Shown: one piece after another, positions 12,924 to 24,736 of the stretch | Position numbering within the stretch: the stretch's first letter is position 1 | Layout of the letters: the number at the start of each line of letters is the position of its first letter | NCBI GenBank assembly: GCA_964016885.1 | Contig: OZ024755.1 | Span: 18,972,001-19,036,000 of the forward strand | Direction: 5' to 3' | Origin: Eledone cirrhosa | Lineage: Eukaryota | Length of the DNA: 64,000 nucleotides | Program-made: the position numbers and the translations under genes | Notes under the pieces: model-generated | What the model was told of the DNA's origin: nothing | Database searches by the model: none | The model's input: the letters and a program-made list of their open reading frames with translations, nothing else

Positions 12924-13322
12924 ATTACTTAAATAAACATACTAATTTTCTCTCACTACTTTTCTCCTAATGCAGTTTATATATAATATCGTCTTTTTTT
13001 AATGTATCATGGATTACGTTACTGATTACATAAGACAGTGTAACAACGTCTTCGTTCAATTTCTGTTTATATTGTCAATTACGATTTTATTTGATGTATC
13101 ATATCTACATGTATATATACTTGCGTATAATCAATATACACACTACACATGCTAGCAGAAAACACCCGGGTGTGTGTGTGGGGGGGGGGGGGGTTCTACT
13201 AGCACAAATAAATAAATTAGTAAATGAGTGTTGATGCTTGCTCTCTTTCACTCACTGTCTCCAGCTCTCTCACTCTCCCCATCTCTCACTAATAAGCAAA
13301 TGGGCGCCCACATGCTGTCCCA

Positions 13323-13577
13323 TGGCCCCAGCAGACAGAATAGAGAAGGTGTCCGCCCCCACCAAGGATGATGAAGGAAATGCATTGAAAGAGCCATTCT
13401 GGCATTCTGGCTTGCCCAGCAGAAAGAATAGAGAAGCCCCCCCCCCCCCCCGGATAGTGAAGGAGCCATGTTGGAAGAGGCATTCTGGCCCAGCAAAAAG
13501 AATAGAGGAGGTGTCCCCCCCCCCCCACACACACACACGAGAATGGTGAAAGAGATGCATTGGAAGAGCCATTCTAG
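13323..13577. repeat. Degenerate ~75-90 bp tandem repeat (3 units)
   Basis: Recurring cccagcag(a)aagaatagag(a/g)ag..poly-C..gaag..gagccatt. Confidence 0.6.
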
Positions 13578-14968
13578 CTTGTTAGGCTCACACCAGCAGT
13601 GGGAGAGGTAACCAACTCTGTGCTGCTGAAGGTGGTGAGTAGGGAGGTAGTCCTAGGGCCAAGGACATCAGAAGTCTCCATTGGACATTGTATTGAGAGA
13701 TGAAATATGAGAATTAGGTGAACAAAGTATTTTTTGTAGTTTGGTGTTGGTTGGTAAGTAAACAAAACCTGGAATGGCTGAATAGAAGGAGTTAAAAGTG
13801 ACTAAGTAAAATGTCAGTCAGTGGATATGAGAAGGGAGGAGAAGAGGGAAAAGGGGCATAAAGGCATCCAATGATATAGCTGCTTCTTTAACAGAAAGTT
13901 AACTGTAAATAAAGGTCATGATTCCTCACCACCACCACCATCACCACATTTATTCTTCCTCCTCATTATATCATTGCTAAAAAGCCAGCTTTCTGTGGTT
14001 ATTCGACCTGTAAGAAATAGCAGTCAAATCTCCCTTAAATCATATGCTAATCTCTTTTTAAAAAAATGAAGGGCATATGAGATAATGTGATCCTAAAATA
14101 ACTATTGTTATATTAACAAAAATGGGATGATTCTAGCTGGAATTGCTTTGATCATAAATCTGCCCAATACGATCTGACCTAGGGCTAAATGACAATGACC
14201 TTTTTATTTTTATTTTTCCTCCTTAAGGCCATTCCAGATATGGCAATTCCCAAATTATATTATCCAATAAGACCCCTTTTTTTAAGGCAGTCAAGTTTGC
14301 TATACGAGATATTTGTCAGCCATTTTTCTGAATGAATTTGTCAGGAGGAAAAGTTTGTATCAATGAGCTACACATGTCCTCCAAAACTAGTGAGATTAGT
14401 GTGGTTTATCTTCAACTTGAATAACTCTAACTTTTAACGTCTGAACCACATGAAAGCACATTAGTAAGTTGGGGAGGAAAGATTGGGAATTTGCAGTTAG
14501 CCTGCTAGCCTAGGTACGGCATAGCTGAGTTGGCAAAAAGCAAGAAAAACGGGTGTATGGGGGGAATGGGATGGAGGGATCCTTTGGTAAATGTAGTCTA
14601 CTTGTAGCTAGTTCAGAAGAGCAGAGACCATTCTATTGTGATAAAAATAATAAATAACTAATGTGTTAAAAGTGTTTTGTTCAATACTATATAATAAATA
14701 CTACAGGATATATTTACAGGTATTTAGTCAACACTATATATGCAGACAGAGCAAACATCTTGCATCATCATTATTTTATGTTTGTTTTCCATGCTGTATG
14801 GATTGGATGGGTCATCATGGTCTAAGACTAGATAACTCAGAACACCACAGCTCACGCATACATTCCATATTTGGGCATGACTCCTATGGCAGAATAACTT
14901 TCCGAATGTGAACTACTTTACAGAGAGCACTGGGTACATTTTATCATGGCACCAGCATTCTAGTGGTT

Positions 14969-15130
14969 GATGCACCCAGTAAGACTTACAGTCTACTCTA
15001 TAGTGGTGCTGCACCCAGCAAGACATACACTCTTCTCTACTCTAGAGCGACTGATGCACCCAGTAAGACTTACAGTCTACTCTATAGTGGTGATGCACCC
15101 AGCAAGACATACAGGTCTTCCTACTCTATA
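14969..15130. repeat. Alternating 39/45-bp tandem repeat (4 units)
   Basis: g(a/c)tgcacccag(t/c)aagac(t/a)taca...ctactcta repeated four times. Confidence 0.85.
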
Positions 15131-15554
15131 CTGTCTTCATTCCATTGCCAACCACTTTATATACAATATCTAGAATAAACAAATAGAAGAACCAACACAG
15201 TGGCTGGTATTTCTGGCAGATCAAAAGATCACGTGGTGGCACCCTGCAATGATTCAAAATGACTGTATTTGTTATGCATGGATTACAGCCACATGCCTTC
15301 TGCTGCACAATTTACAGATACTGATATAGGCAAAGTGTGCACAGGAGAGGAGAGGTGATATTTAACATTTCCAAACTAGATTAGATTAGATTTAGTTTGC
15401 TACTAGTTAGTCACTTACCTACCTGCTTTGAATTGATGCATCTCACCATATGGCACTGAACTGTTTATGCATGGATGCATATATATATATATTTTATATT
15501 ATATATATTTTATATATATATATATATATATATTTTATATATTATATATATATA

Positions 15555-15600
<46 letters not shown>

Positions 15601-15659
15601 ATATATATATATATATATATATTTTTATATATATATATATTATATATTTTATATATATA

Positions 15660-15711
<52 letters not shown>

Positions 15712-15727
15712 ATATACTTATATATAT

Positions 15728-15764
<37 letters not shown>

Positions 15765-15912
15765 TTTATATATTATTTATAATAGATATATTTTATATAT
15801 ATATATATATATTTTATATATATATTTTATATATATATATATATATTTTATATATATATATATTATATATATAATATATATATATATATTTATATATATA
15901 TATATATATATA

Positions 15913-16167
15913 TATAGCGGCGATGAATTTATGTAAATTATGCAACGAAAGATTTATGTAAATTATGTAAACTATATATATGTGTTTCTGTCTATATTGT
16001 ATCTGTATTATTTTTGACCGCCGGTCAGTCAATGGCAACATTGAGGACCGAGTAAGTTAGATCGCAGATATAAAAGACAGCGAGAAGCGAAGACCAAACC
16101 AAACAGTGAGTGTGTTCTGTTATTAATTCTGGCAATATTACGCAAATATGACCCTCCACCCAAGTAT

Positions 16168-16171
<4 letters not shown>
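15913..16171 (+). mobile_element. Probable solo LTR
   Basis: About 260 bp unique insert in (TA)n, starting tatagcgg (TG to TA change?) and ending tataaca, with an internal TATA-like gatataaaag. Confidence 0.5.
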
Positions 16172-16218
<47 letters not shown>

Positions 16219-16576
16219 ATATATATTTATATATATATATATTTATTTTTATATATATATATATATATGCAATATATATTTTATATATATATGTATATAT
16301 GCAATATATCTTTTATATATATTATATATATATATATATAATATTATATATATATATATTCATGCAATATATATTTTATATATATTATATATATATATAT
16401 ATATATATGCAATATATATTTTATATATATATATATATATTTTAATATATATATATATATATGCAATATATATTTTATATATATATATATATTATATATA
16501 TATATATATATATATGCAAAATATATGCAATATATATTTTATAAATATATATTTATATATATATATATGCAATGTA

Positions 16577-16624
<48 letters not shown>

Positions 16625-16690
16625 ATATATATTTTATATATATTTTATTATATATATATATATATATTTTATATATATTTTATATATATC

Positions 16691-16738
<48 letters not shown>

Positions 16739-16795
16739 ATATATATGCAATATATTTATATATATTTGATTTTATATATAGTTTTTATAATATAT

Positions 16796-16836
<41 letters not shown>

Positions 16837-16911
16837 CAATATATATTTTATATATATTTTTTTTATTTATATATATATATATATATATATGCAATATATA
16901 TTTTATATATA

Positions 16912-16974
<63 letters not shown>

Positions 16975-16989
16975 ATATATATTTATATA

Positions 16990-17022
<33 letters not shown>

Positions 17023-17028
17023 GCAATA

Positions 17029-17074
<46 letters not shown>

Positions 17075-17076
<2 letters not shown>

Positions 17077-17190
17077 TTAAGTCGTTTGGAAGCCTCAACA
17101 ATGCAAATGGGTAAATCTCGAGGCTTCCAAACGACTTAAAGATATTTACTTATTATTTCACAATGCTTCAGCAAACTTCAATACTCTCTT
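17075..17190 (+). mobile_element. (TA)n-embedded PLE-like fragment, family P2, with 5' inverted arm
   Basis: Perfect arms 17071-17096 and 17120-17145, plus a tail. The arm and loop reverse-complemented, and the tail, both match the 3' end of 46478-46778. Confidence 0.75.
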
Positions 17191-17241
17191 ATATATATAT
17201 ATATATTGTATATATATATATGCAATATATATATATATATT

Positions 17242-17561
17242 GGAGGCACATGGCTTAGTGGTTAGAGCATTGGCTTGCAATCGAAAGGTTGTGAGTTCAA
17301 TTCTCAGACCGGGTGATGTGTTGTTTCCTTGAGCAAGACACTTTATTTCACATTGCTCCAGTTTACTCAGCTGATAGGGACTGGGGTCCCTATCATTCCA
17401 CTGTAAAGTGGTCGTGGAGGTGCCACGGCAAAAAAGCACCCAGCACTCACTGTAAATGAGGTTGGTGTTAGGAAGGGCATCCAGCTGTAGAATCAGTTCC
17501 CGTCCCACCCTTGCAAGCAGGGAAAAAGCGGACGTAAAATGAAATGATGAATGATGTTGAT
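17242..17561 (+). mobile_element. SINE family A
   Basis: High identity to 10971-11318 with small deletions. Confidence 0.92.
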
Positions 17562-17690
17562 ATATGCAATATATATTTTATATATATATATGCAATATAT
17601 ATTTTATATATATATATACAATATATATTTTATATATATACAATATATATTTTATATATATATATACAATATATATTTTATATATATATA

Positions 17691-17744
<54 letters not shown>

Positions 17745-17789
17745 CAAGCGTGGAAGATGGACGTTAAACGATGATGATGATATGCAATA

Positions 17790-17823
<34 letters not shown>

Positions 17824-17826
17824 GCA

Positions 17827-17857
<31 letters not shown>

Positions 17858-18039
17858 ATATATATATATATATATGGCTATGTGTATATTTGCATCTGCA
17901 ATACTTGCACTCAAGCCAAATTTCTAACAGAATGTTTATATCAGTCTTTCATAAATAATCAAAATAAAAATAAAATCTTTATATTACATGTAGCATTGTT
18001 TTTTCATTTTGTTTTGTTTTGAGAAAAACCCAAAGAAAA

Positions 18040-18815
18040 TATAATTGTTTCTACTTTTTGGCAGAAGGCCAGCAATTATCCCAGTGCATTACTGGTACTT
18101 TATTTTATCGACCCCCTAAGGATGAAAGGCAAAGTTAACCTCGACGGGATTTGAACTCAGCCCGTAAAGAGACATAACTATGCTAGAAAGCATGGCGTCC
18201 AACCCTCTACTGATACTGCCAATTCACCGCCCTGTCTCAAATATTAATCTCAAATTAATTATTTCTAAGGCCAGCAATTACCCCCAGTGCATTACTGGTA
18301 CTTTATTTTATAGACCCCGTAAGGATGAAAGGCAAAGTTAACCTCGACGGGATTTGAACTCAGACCGTAAAGAGACATAACTATGCTAGAAAGCATGACG
18401 TCCGACCCTCTACTGATACTGCCAATTCACCGCCCTGTCTCAAATATTAATCTCAAATTAATTACTTCTAAGGCCAGCAATTATCCCCCAGTGCATTACT
18501 GGTACTTTATTTTATAGACACCGTAAGGATGAAAGGCAAAGTTTAACCTCGGCAGGATTTGAACTCAGATCAGAAAGGGGCGTAACTCTGTGCTGCAAAG
18601 CATGTTGTCCGACCCTCTACCGATACTGCCAGCAGAGATAGTATGGTATTAGCACAGTTATAGTTGGTGTTGTTGTCATTGCTAAGAACATTATTTATTC
18701 CTTCAAATCCCGCCGAGGTTAACTTTGCCTTTCATCCTTACGGGGTCGATAAAATAAAGTACCAGTATTGTACTGGGTAATTGCTGGCCTCGTGCCTAAA
18801 GTAGAAACAATTATT
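18040..18815. mobile_element. Cluster of SINE family B: three minus copies (18040-18633) and one plus partial (18703-18815)
   Basis: Direct sequence identity with family B. Confidence 0.9.
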
Positions 18816-19597
18816 TATTCCACGGATCATATATTGTACTCTTACAGAGTCAAATAGTTAGAACTAACCATGTTATATTTCATAACCATTCTGTATTTGG
18901 CTAAATTATTTGGCTCCTATTGATACAACCAAAAATCATCTCTTTTTTTCTAGTCAGCAAGTCAGAACCATACAATGATTGGAAATCAATAAAATATTCT
19001 CCTGTTAATTCACTCAATCGAACAACAAACAAAAAGAAAAAGGAAGAAAAGGTTGTTGAATAGCATCAAACACATCTTTGAATGTTTTCCCAAAAATTCT
19101 ATCATCCAATTTTAATGTTTCTGTTGTTCTCCTGTCCATATAACATGTAAGACCCATCAAAAGCCATGATAATATAAAGTTTGATCGAAAATAATGAAAT
19201 ATAGATATAGAAAAATAGAAAGATCTAAAAGATAACTTTACAATTTATCAAATAAGCTTCATTTTAACAGTCAAATTTCAAAAAAAAAAAAAAAAAGTTA
19301 TAATAAATTGCAAAATACATACACATGAACACACAAGCAAATGTACATATGCACACACACACACACACACACACACGCGCGCGCGGGCGTACACTTACAG
19401 AGCACTAAAAAATCTTTCTTAAATTAAATATGCATATTTTTTATTAGAGACCAAATCTTTTGAAGTATTATTGTTCATAAGTATTATTGTTGATAATACA
19501 ACAGCAATAACATAATAATGTAGAATAATATTAATGTATAGAAATATGAAAGGATTGAAAATCTATCAACCTTATAGCAGTGTAGTAGTGTTATAGA

Positions 19598-21323
19598 CAG
19601 GGTTGTAGAAGGGATATATCCTGATAGCAGGGTTGTGGAAGGGATATATCCTGATAGCAGGGTTGTGGAAGGGATATATCCTGATAGCAGAGTTGTGGAA
19701 GGGATATATCTTGATATCGGTGTAGTAGAAGGGATATATCCTGATAGCAGGGTTGTGGAAGGGATATATCTTGATATCGGTGTAGTAGAAGGGATATATC
19801 CTGATAGCAGGGTTGTGGAAGGGATATATCTTGATATCGGTGTAGTAGAAGGGATATATCCTGATAGCAGGGTTGTAGAAGGGATATATCCTGATAGCAG
19901 GGTTGTGGAAGGGATATATCCTGATAGCAGGGTTGTGGAAGGGATATATCCTGATAGCAGGGTTGTGGAAGGGATATATCTTGATATCGGTGTAGTAGAA
20001 GGGATATATCCTGATAGCAGGGTTGTGGAAGGGATATATCTTGATATCGGTGTAGTAGAAGGGATATATCCTGATATCAGGGTTGTAGAAGGGATATATC
20101 CTGATAGCAGGGTTGTGGAAGGGATATATCCTGATAGCAGGGTTGTGGAAGGGATATATCCTGATAGCAGGGTTGTGGAAGGGATATATCCTGATAACAG
20201 GGTTGTGGAAGGGATATATCCTGATAGCAGGGTTGTGGAAGGGATATATCTTGATATCAGTGTAGTAGAAGGGATATATCCTGATATCAGGGTTGTAGAA
20301 GGGATATATCCTGATAGCAGGGTTGTGGAAGGGATATATCCTGATAACAGGGTTGTGGAAGGGATATATCCTGATAGCAGGGTTGTGGAAGGGATATATC
20401 TTGATAGCAGGGTTGTGGAAGGGATATATCTTGATATCGGTGTAGTAGAAGGGATATATCTTGATAGCAGGGTTGTGGAAGGGATATATCCTGATAGCAG
20501 GGTTGTGGAAGAGATATATCCTGATAGACAGGGTTGTGGAAGGGATATATCCTGATAGCAGGGTTGTGGAAGGGATATATCCTGATAGCAGGGTTGTGGA
20601 AGGGATATATCTTGATATCAGTGTAGTAGAAGGGATATATCTTGATAGCAGGGTTGTGGAAGGGATATATCCTGATATCAGGGTTGTGTAAGGGATATAT
20701 CTTGATATCAGGGTTGTGGAAGGGATATATCCTGATAGCAGGGTTGTGGAAGGGATATATCTTGATAGCAGGGTTGTGGAAGGGATATATCTTGATATCA
20801 GGGTTGTAGAAGGGATATATCCTGATAGCAGGGTTGTGGAAGGGATATATCTTGATAGCAGGGTTGTAGAAGGGATATATCCTGATAACAGGGTTGTGGA
20901 AGGGATATATCCTGATATCGGTGTAGTAGAAGGGATATATCCTGATAGCAGGGTTGTGGAAGGGATATATCTTGATAGCAGGGTTGTGGAAGGGATATAT
21001 CCTGATAGCAGGGTTGTGGAAGGGATATATCTTGATAGCAGGGTTGTGGAAGGGATATATCTTGATATCAGGGTTGTAGAAGGGATATATCCTGATAGCA
21101 GGGTTGTGGAAGGGATATATCTTGATAGCAGGGTTGTAGAAGGGATATATCCTGATAACAGGGTTGTAGAAGGGATATATCCTGATAGCAGGGTTGTGGA
21201 AGGGATATATCCTGATAGCAGGGTTGTGGAAGGGATATATCCTGATAGCAGGGTTGTGGAAGGGATATATCTTGATATCAGTGTAGTAGAAGGGATATAT
21301 CTTGATAGCAGGGTTGTAGAAGG
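19598..21323. repeat. 30-bp minisatellite (~57 units)
   Basis: Unit agggttgtggaagggatatatcctgatagc with interspersed variant ggtgtagtagaagggatatatcttgatatc. Confidence 0.97.
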
Positions 21324-22372
21324 AATATAGTATAGTAGAGATATATCAGCAGTAGAGAGATATATGAGCAGTAGATATAATATAGTAGAGAGAGATATCG
21401 GCAGTAGATATAATATAGTAGAGATATATATGAGCAGTAGATATAATATAGTAGAGAGAGATATCGGCAGTAGATATAATATAGTAGAGAGAGATATCAG
21501 CAGGAGATATAATATAGTAGAGAGAGATATCGGCAGGAGATATAATATAGTAGAAAGAGATATCATCAGTAGATATAATATAGTAGAAAGAGATATCATC
21601 AGTAATATAGTAGGGAGAGAGAGATAACAGTAGATATAGTATAGTAGAAAGAGATATCAGCAGTAATATAGTAGGGGGAGAGAGAAAGAGAGATATCAGT
21701 AGATATAGTATAGTAGAAAGAGATATCAGCAGTAATATAGTAGAGAGAGAGAGAAAGAGATCAACAGTGGATATAATATAGTAGAAAGAGATATCAGCAG
21801 TAATATAGTAGAGAGAGAGAGAAAGAGATCAACAGTGGATATAGTATAGTAGAAAGAGATATCAGCAGTAATATAGTAGGGAGAGAGAGATAACAGTGGA
21901 TATAGTATAGTAGAAAGAGATATCAGCAGTAATATAGTAGAGAGAGAGAGAAAGAGATCAACAGTGGATATAATATAGTAGAAAGAGATATCAGCAGTAA
22001 TATAGTAGAGAGAGAGAGAAAGAGATCAACAGTGGATATAGTATAGTAGAAAGAGATATCAGCAGTAATATAGTAGGGAGAGAGAGAAAGAGAGATAACA
22101 GTAGATATAGTACAGTAGAAAGAGATATCAGCAGTAATATAGTAGGGAGAGAGAGATAACAGTAGATATAGTATAGAAGAGATATCAGCAGTAATATAGT
22201 AGGGAGAGAGAGAAAGAGATCAACAGTGGATATAGTATAGAAGAAAGAGATATCAGCAGTAATATAGTAGAGAGAGAGAGAGATCAACAGTGGATATAGT
22301 ATAGTAGAAAGAGATATCAGCAGTAATATAGTCGGGAGAGAGAGAAAGAGATCAACAGTGGATATAGTATAG
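21324..22372. repeat. Purine-rich minisatellite, ~33-bp units grading into ~60-66-bp units
   Basis: gatata(g/a)tatagtagaaagagatatcagcagtaatatagtag(ga)n...aacagt repeats. Confidence 0.92.
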
Positions 22373-22592
22373 TGTAAGAGGCACTTTTAAATTCACTCCA
22401 GAAAACACAATAGTATAGTATATAAGGATATAGAAAGAGACTATCTGTTATTCTGACTACGATACTTCTCTATATGTTAAACAACAAAAAGGAAAAAAAT
22501 AATAATTAAATACAAATTGAAACATTCCTCTTTAAGACTTTAGAAATATAATTTAATAATATAATAACATTTCTACACATTGAAATTCCCAA

Positions 22593-22940
22593 ATCATCAT
22601 TCATCATCATCATTTCATTTTACGTCCACTTTTCCCTGCTTGCAAGGGTGGGATGGGAACTAATTCTGGCTTGATTTCTACAGCTGGATGCCCTTCCTAA
22701 CACCAACCTCATTTACAGTGAGTGCTGGGTGCGTTTTTGCCGTGGCACCTCCACGACCACTTTGCAGTGGAATGATAGGGAGTGGGGTCCCTATCATCTC
22801 ATTTCTACAGCTGAGTAAACTGGAGCAATGTGAAATAAAGTGTCTTGCTCAAGGAAACAACACATCACTCGGTCTGAGAATTGAACTCACAACCTTTCGA
22901 TTGCAAGGCCAATGCTCTAACCACTAAGCCATGTGCCTCC
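22593..22940 (-). mobile_element. SINE family A
   Basis: Full-length reverse copy. Confidence 0.92.
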
Positions 22941-22962
22941 AAATATATTCAATAATTAATAT

Positions 22963-23133
22963 ATTTGTTTCTACGTTAGGCACAAGGCCAGCAATTACCC
23001 AGTGCATTACTGGTACTTTATTTTATCGACCCCGTAAGGATGAAAGGCAAAGTTAACCTCGGCGGGATTTGAACTCAGAATGGCAAGGGCTGTAACTCTA
23101 TACGTCAAAGCATGGCGTCCGACCCTCTACCGA
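22963..23133 (-). mobile_element. SINE family B
   Basis: Identity to family B. Confidence 0.9.
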
Positions 23134-23427
23134 TTAAGCAGTGAGAAGTACTTGTGAGTGGAAGTGAGAGGAGATGTATAGTAAGGGAGAGGGACCTGTT
23201 AACACCTGGGTGAGTGGGGTGTGTAGAGAGAGGACTGGTAGACATGTGCATTTGGTAGAATGTGAGACTGTGTGTAAGTAAGATGCAAATAGACACCTCT
23301 CCTACCCAGGCCTGTCAGAGGTCGGTAGCCCTCGCTTCAGTACTGATTTGGTCTATGTAGACCCATCCAACCCTTGCTAGCAGGGAAAGCAGATGTTAAA
23401 CTATGATGATGATATATATATATATAT

Positions 23428-23843
23428 CTCGGCTGACTTCTTCCTCACACTTCCACTCACTCACTCTCTGTTTCTCCCCTTCTCACTTCCTCCCGTTTGG
23501 CTTGTGTGGGTCTCTTCTTGCTCACATCTCACACACATCAACACGGTCTGTACCTCTCTCGCTCATGAAATCCACCCAGCTTATGCTGACCAGACAACCA
23601 TGTTGCTTGTTTATTTTCCTATCTTCGGTTTGCTTTTATCCTTCTATGTTGTTTACTTGTCCCCCTCGCCTTACGCGAATTCTGGTCCCAATAACTTTTT
23701 TTAGTTATTGCTCACACCAACCTGAGGTATCTGATTTTTAATGCGATGAAATACCAATGATGGTTGGAAAATCACTGACGAAGGACTATTTTTATCATAT
23801 GTAACCCATGTGCAAACCACGCATTATTCTTCTTTCTTCTCAT

Positions 23844-23847
<4 letters not shown>
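23428..23847 (+). mobile_element. (TA)n-embedded element, family K, carrying a permuted hammerhead
   Basis: Flanked by (TA)n; the 3' ~240 bp align with 45330-45564 and share the same 3' end. Confidence 0.75.
23659..23787 (+). ncRNA. Candidate non-circularly permuted hammerhead ribozyme with kink-turn (copy 1)
   Basis: GGTAT-C|TGATTTT (23726-23738), T-GAA-ATACC (23747-23755) and AAAATCA-CTGACGA-A (23768-23782) supply all core nucleotides plus stems I and III. K-turn formed by CCAACC-TGA and AAT-GA-T-GGTTGG. Confidence 0.7.
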
Positions 23848-23882
<35 letters not shown>

Positions 23883-23887
<5 letters not shown>

Positions 23888-24096
23888 TAAAATAACAGAT
23901 TAAAGTTTAAGCAAAGAATCGCTGCTTTCACCCTTAACGGGATCTTCTGAAACTCATTAAGGGTGAAAGCAGCGATTCTTTGCTTAAACTTTAATCTGTT
24001 ATTTTAATAAATATTTGCTCTACGGTTCTTATATATTTGATATATATTTTCCTTATCGAGCCCTCTTTGGATTTTAGTCTTCAATTTTATTATTAT

Positions 24097-24099
<3 letters not shown>
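23883..24099 (+). mobile_element. (TA)n-embedded PLE-like fragment, family P3, with 55-bp inverted arms
   Basis: Perfect arms 23883-23937 and 23957-24011 plus a ~90 bp tail; the inverted arm holds an HHR. Confidence 0.75.
23903..23955 (-). ncRNA. Type I hammerhead-like motif with variant core
   Basis: Minus strand: GAGTTT-CAGAAGA-T-CCC-gttaa-GGG-T-GAA-AGCA-gcgattctt-TGCT-T|AAACTT. Confidence 0.6.
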
Positions 24100-24138
<39 letters not shown>

Positions 24139-24139
24139 G

Positions 24140-24348
24140 TGCGTAAAAGGTAAACAGAAATAACAACACAAACAATACAATATATGGAAGGAATATATTA
24201 GCTTAACACTTAAAATAGTAGGAAGAGGGTCTTAACATTTTGAACGCTAGTCCTTCATCAGAAGAAAGAATAAGAAATTAGAAAGATTGAAGGGACAGGC
24301 AGGGTGGAATCAGAAAAATGTTTTTAGGGAAAAATAACAGGTCCATTC
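24140..24348 (-). mobile_element. (TA)n-embedded PLE-like terminal repeat, family P4, with a minimal hammerhead at 24230-24265
   Basis: Minus strand: TCTT-CTGATGA-A-GGAC-tagc-GTTC-aAAA-TG-TT|AAGA (G12 mutated to A). Confidence 0.65.
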
Positions 24349-24368
24349 ATATATATATATATATATAT

Positions 24369-24651
24369 GGACGCTACAAAGAGTGGTCTCGGAGCGTCGG
24401 TACCGTCTGGCTGGCCATATTCTGTGCCTGCCAAATGAACGGCATTCGAAAACAGCGATGAACTGGACTCCGCCTGGCGGTAAACGGAGGCGGGGTTGCC
24501 CAAGAATCACCTGGGGACGAACATTCCGGAAGGACCTGATGGCAGCCAACATCACCTGGCACGGTCTCGAAAAAGTTGCCGCTGATCGTGACCGTTGGCG
24601 AGTACTTACTGCTCGATGTGCCGAATGGCGCGGAAGAATCTAAGACTAAGA
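24369..24651 (+). mobile_element. RTE-clade LINE 3' end
   Basis: RRYRLAGHIL...WTPPGGKRRRGCPRITW...AADRDRWR, a typical RTE C-terminus, followed by a (TAAGAC)-type tail. Confidence 0.85.
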
Positions 24652-24736
24652 TATATACACATGATAATAAAGAAATTATTGTGTACATATATATACATAC
24701 ATGATAATAAGAAAATTATTGTATACATATATATAG

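Larger units (their letters stand above)
15478..17875. repeat. Large compound (TA)n microsatellite field hosting several insertions
   Basis: (TA)n interrupted by tttt and gcaa motifs. Confidence 0.95.

Noticed and set aside
15450-17958. YI-repeat ORFs
   Set aside because: Translations of (TA)n.
19572-21599. 675-aa, 306-aa and 204-aa ORFs
   Set aside because: Artefacts of a 30-bp (multiple of 3) minisatellite that is open on both strands; frame broken by a 1-bp insertion near 20528; no unique domain.
23726-23755. SECIS element or box C/D snoRNA reading of the family K motif
   Set aside because: Helix too short for a SECIS and no snoRNA-like box spacing; the same bases are better explained as hammerhead strands plus a K-turn.
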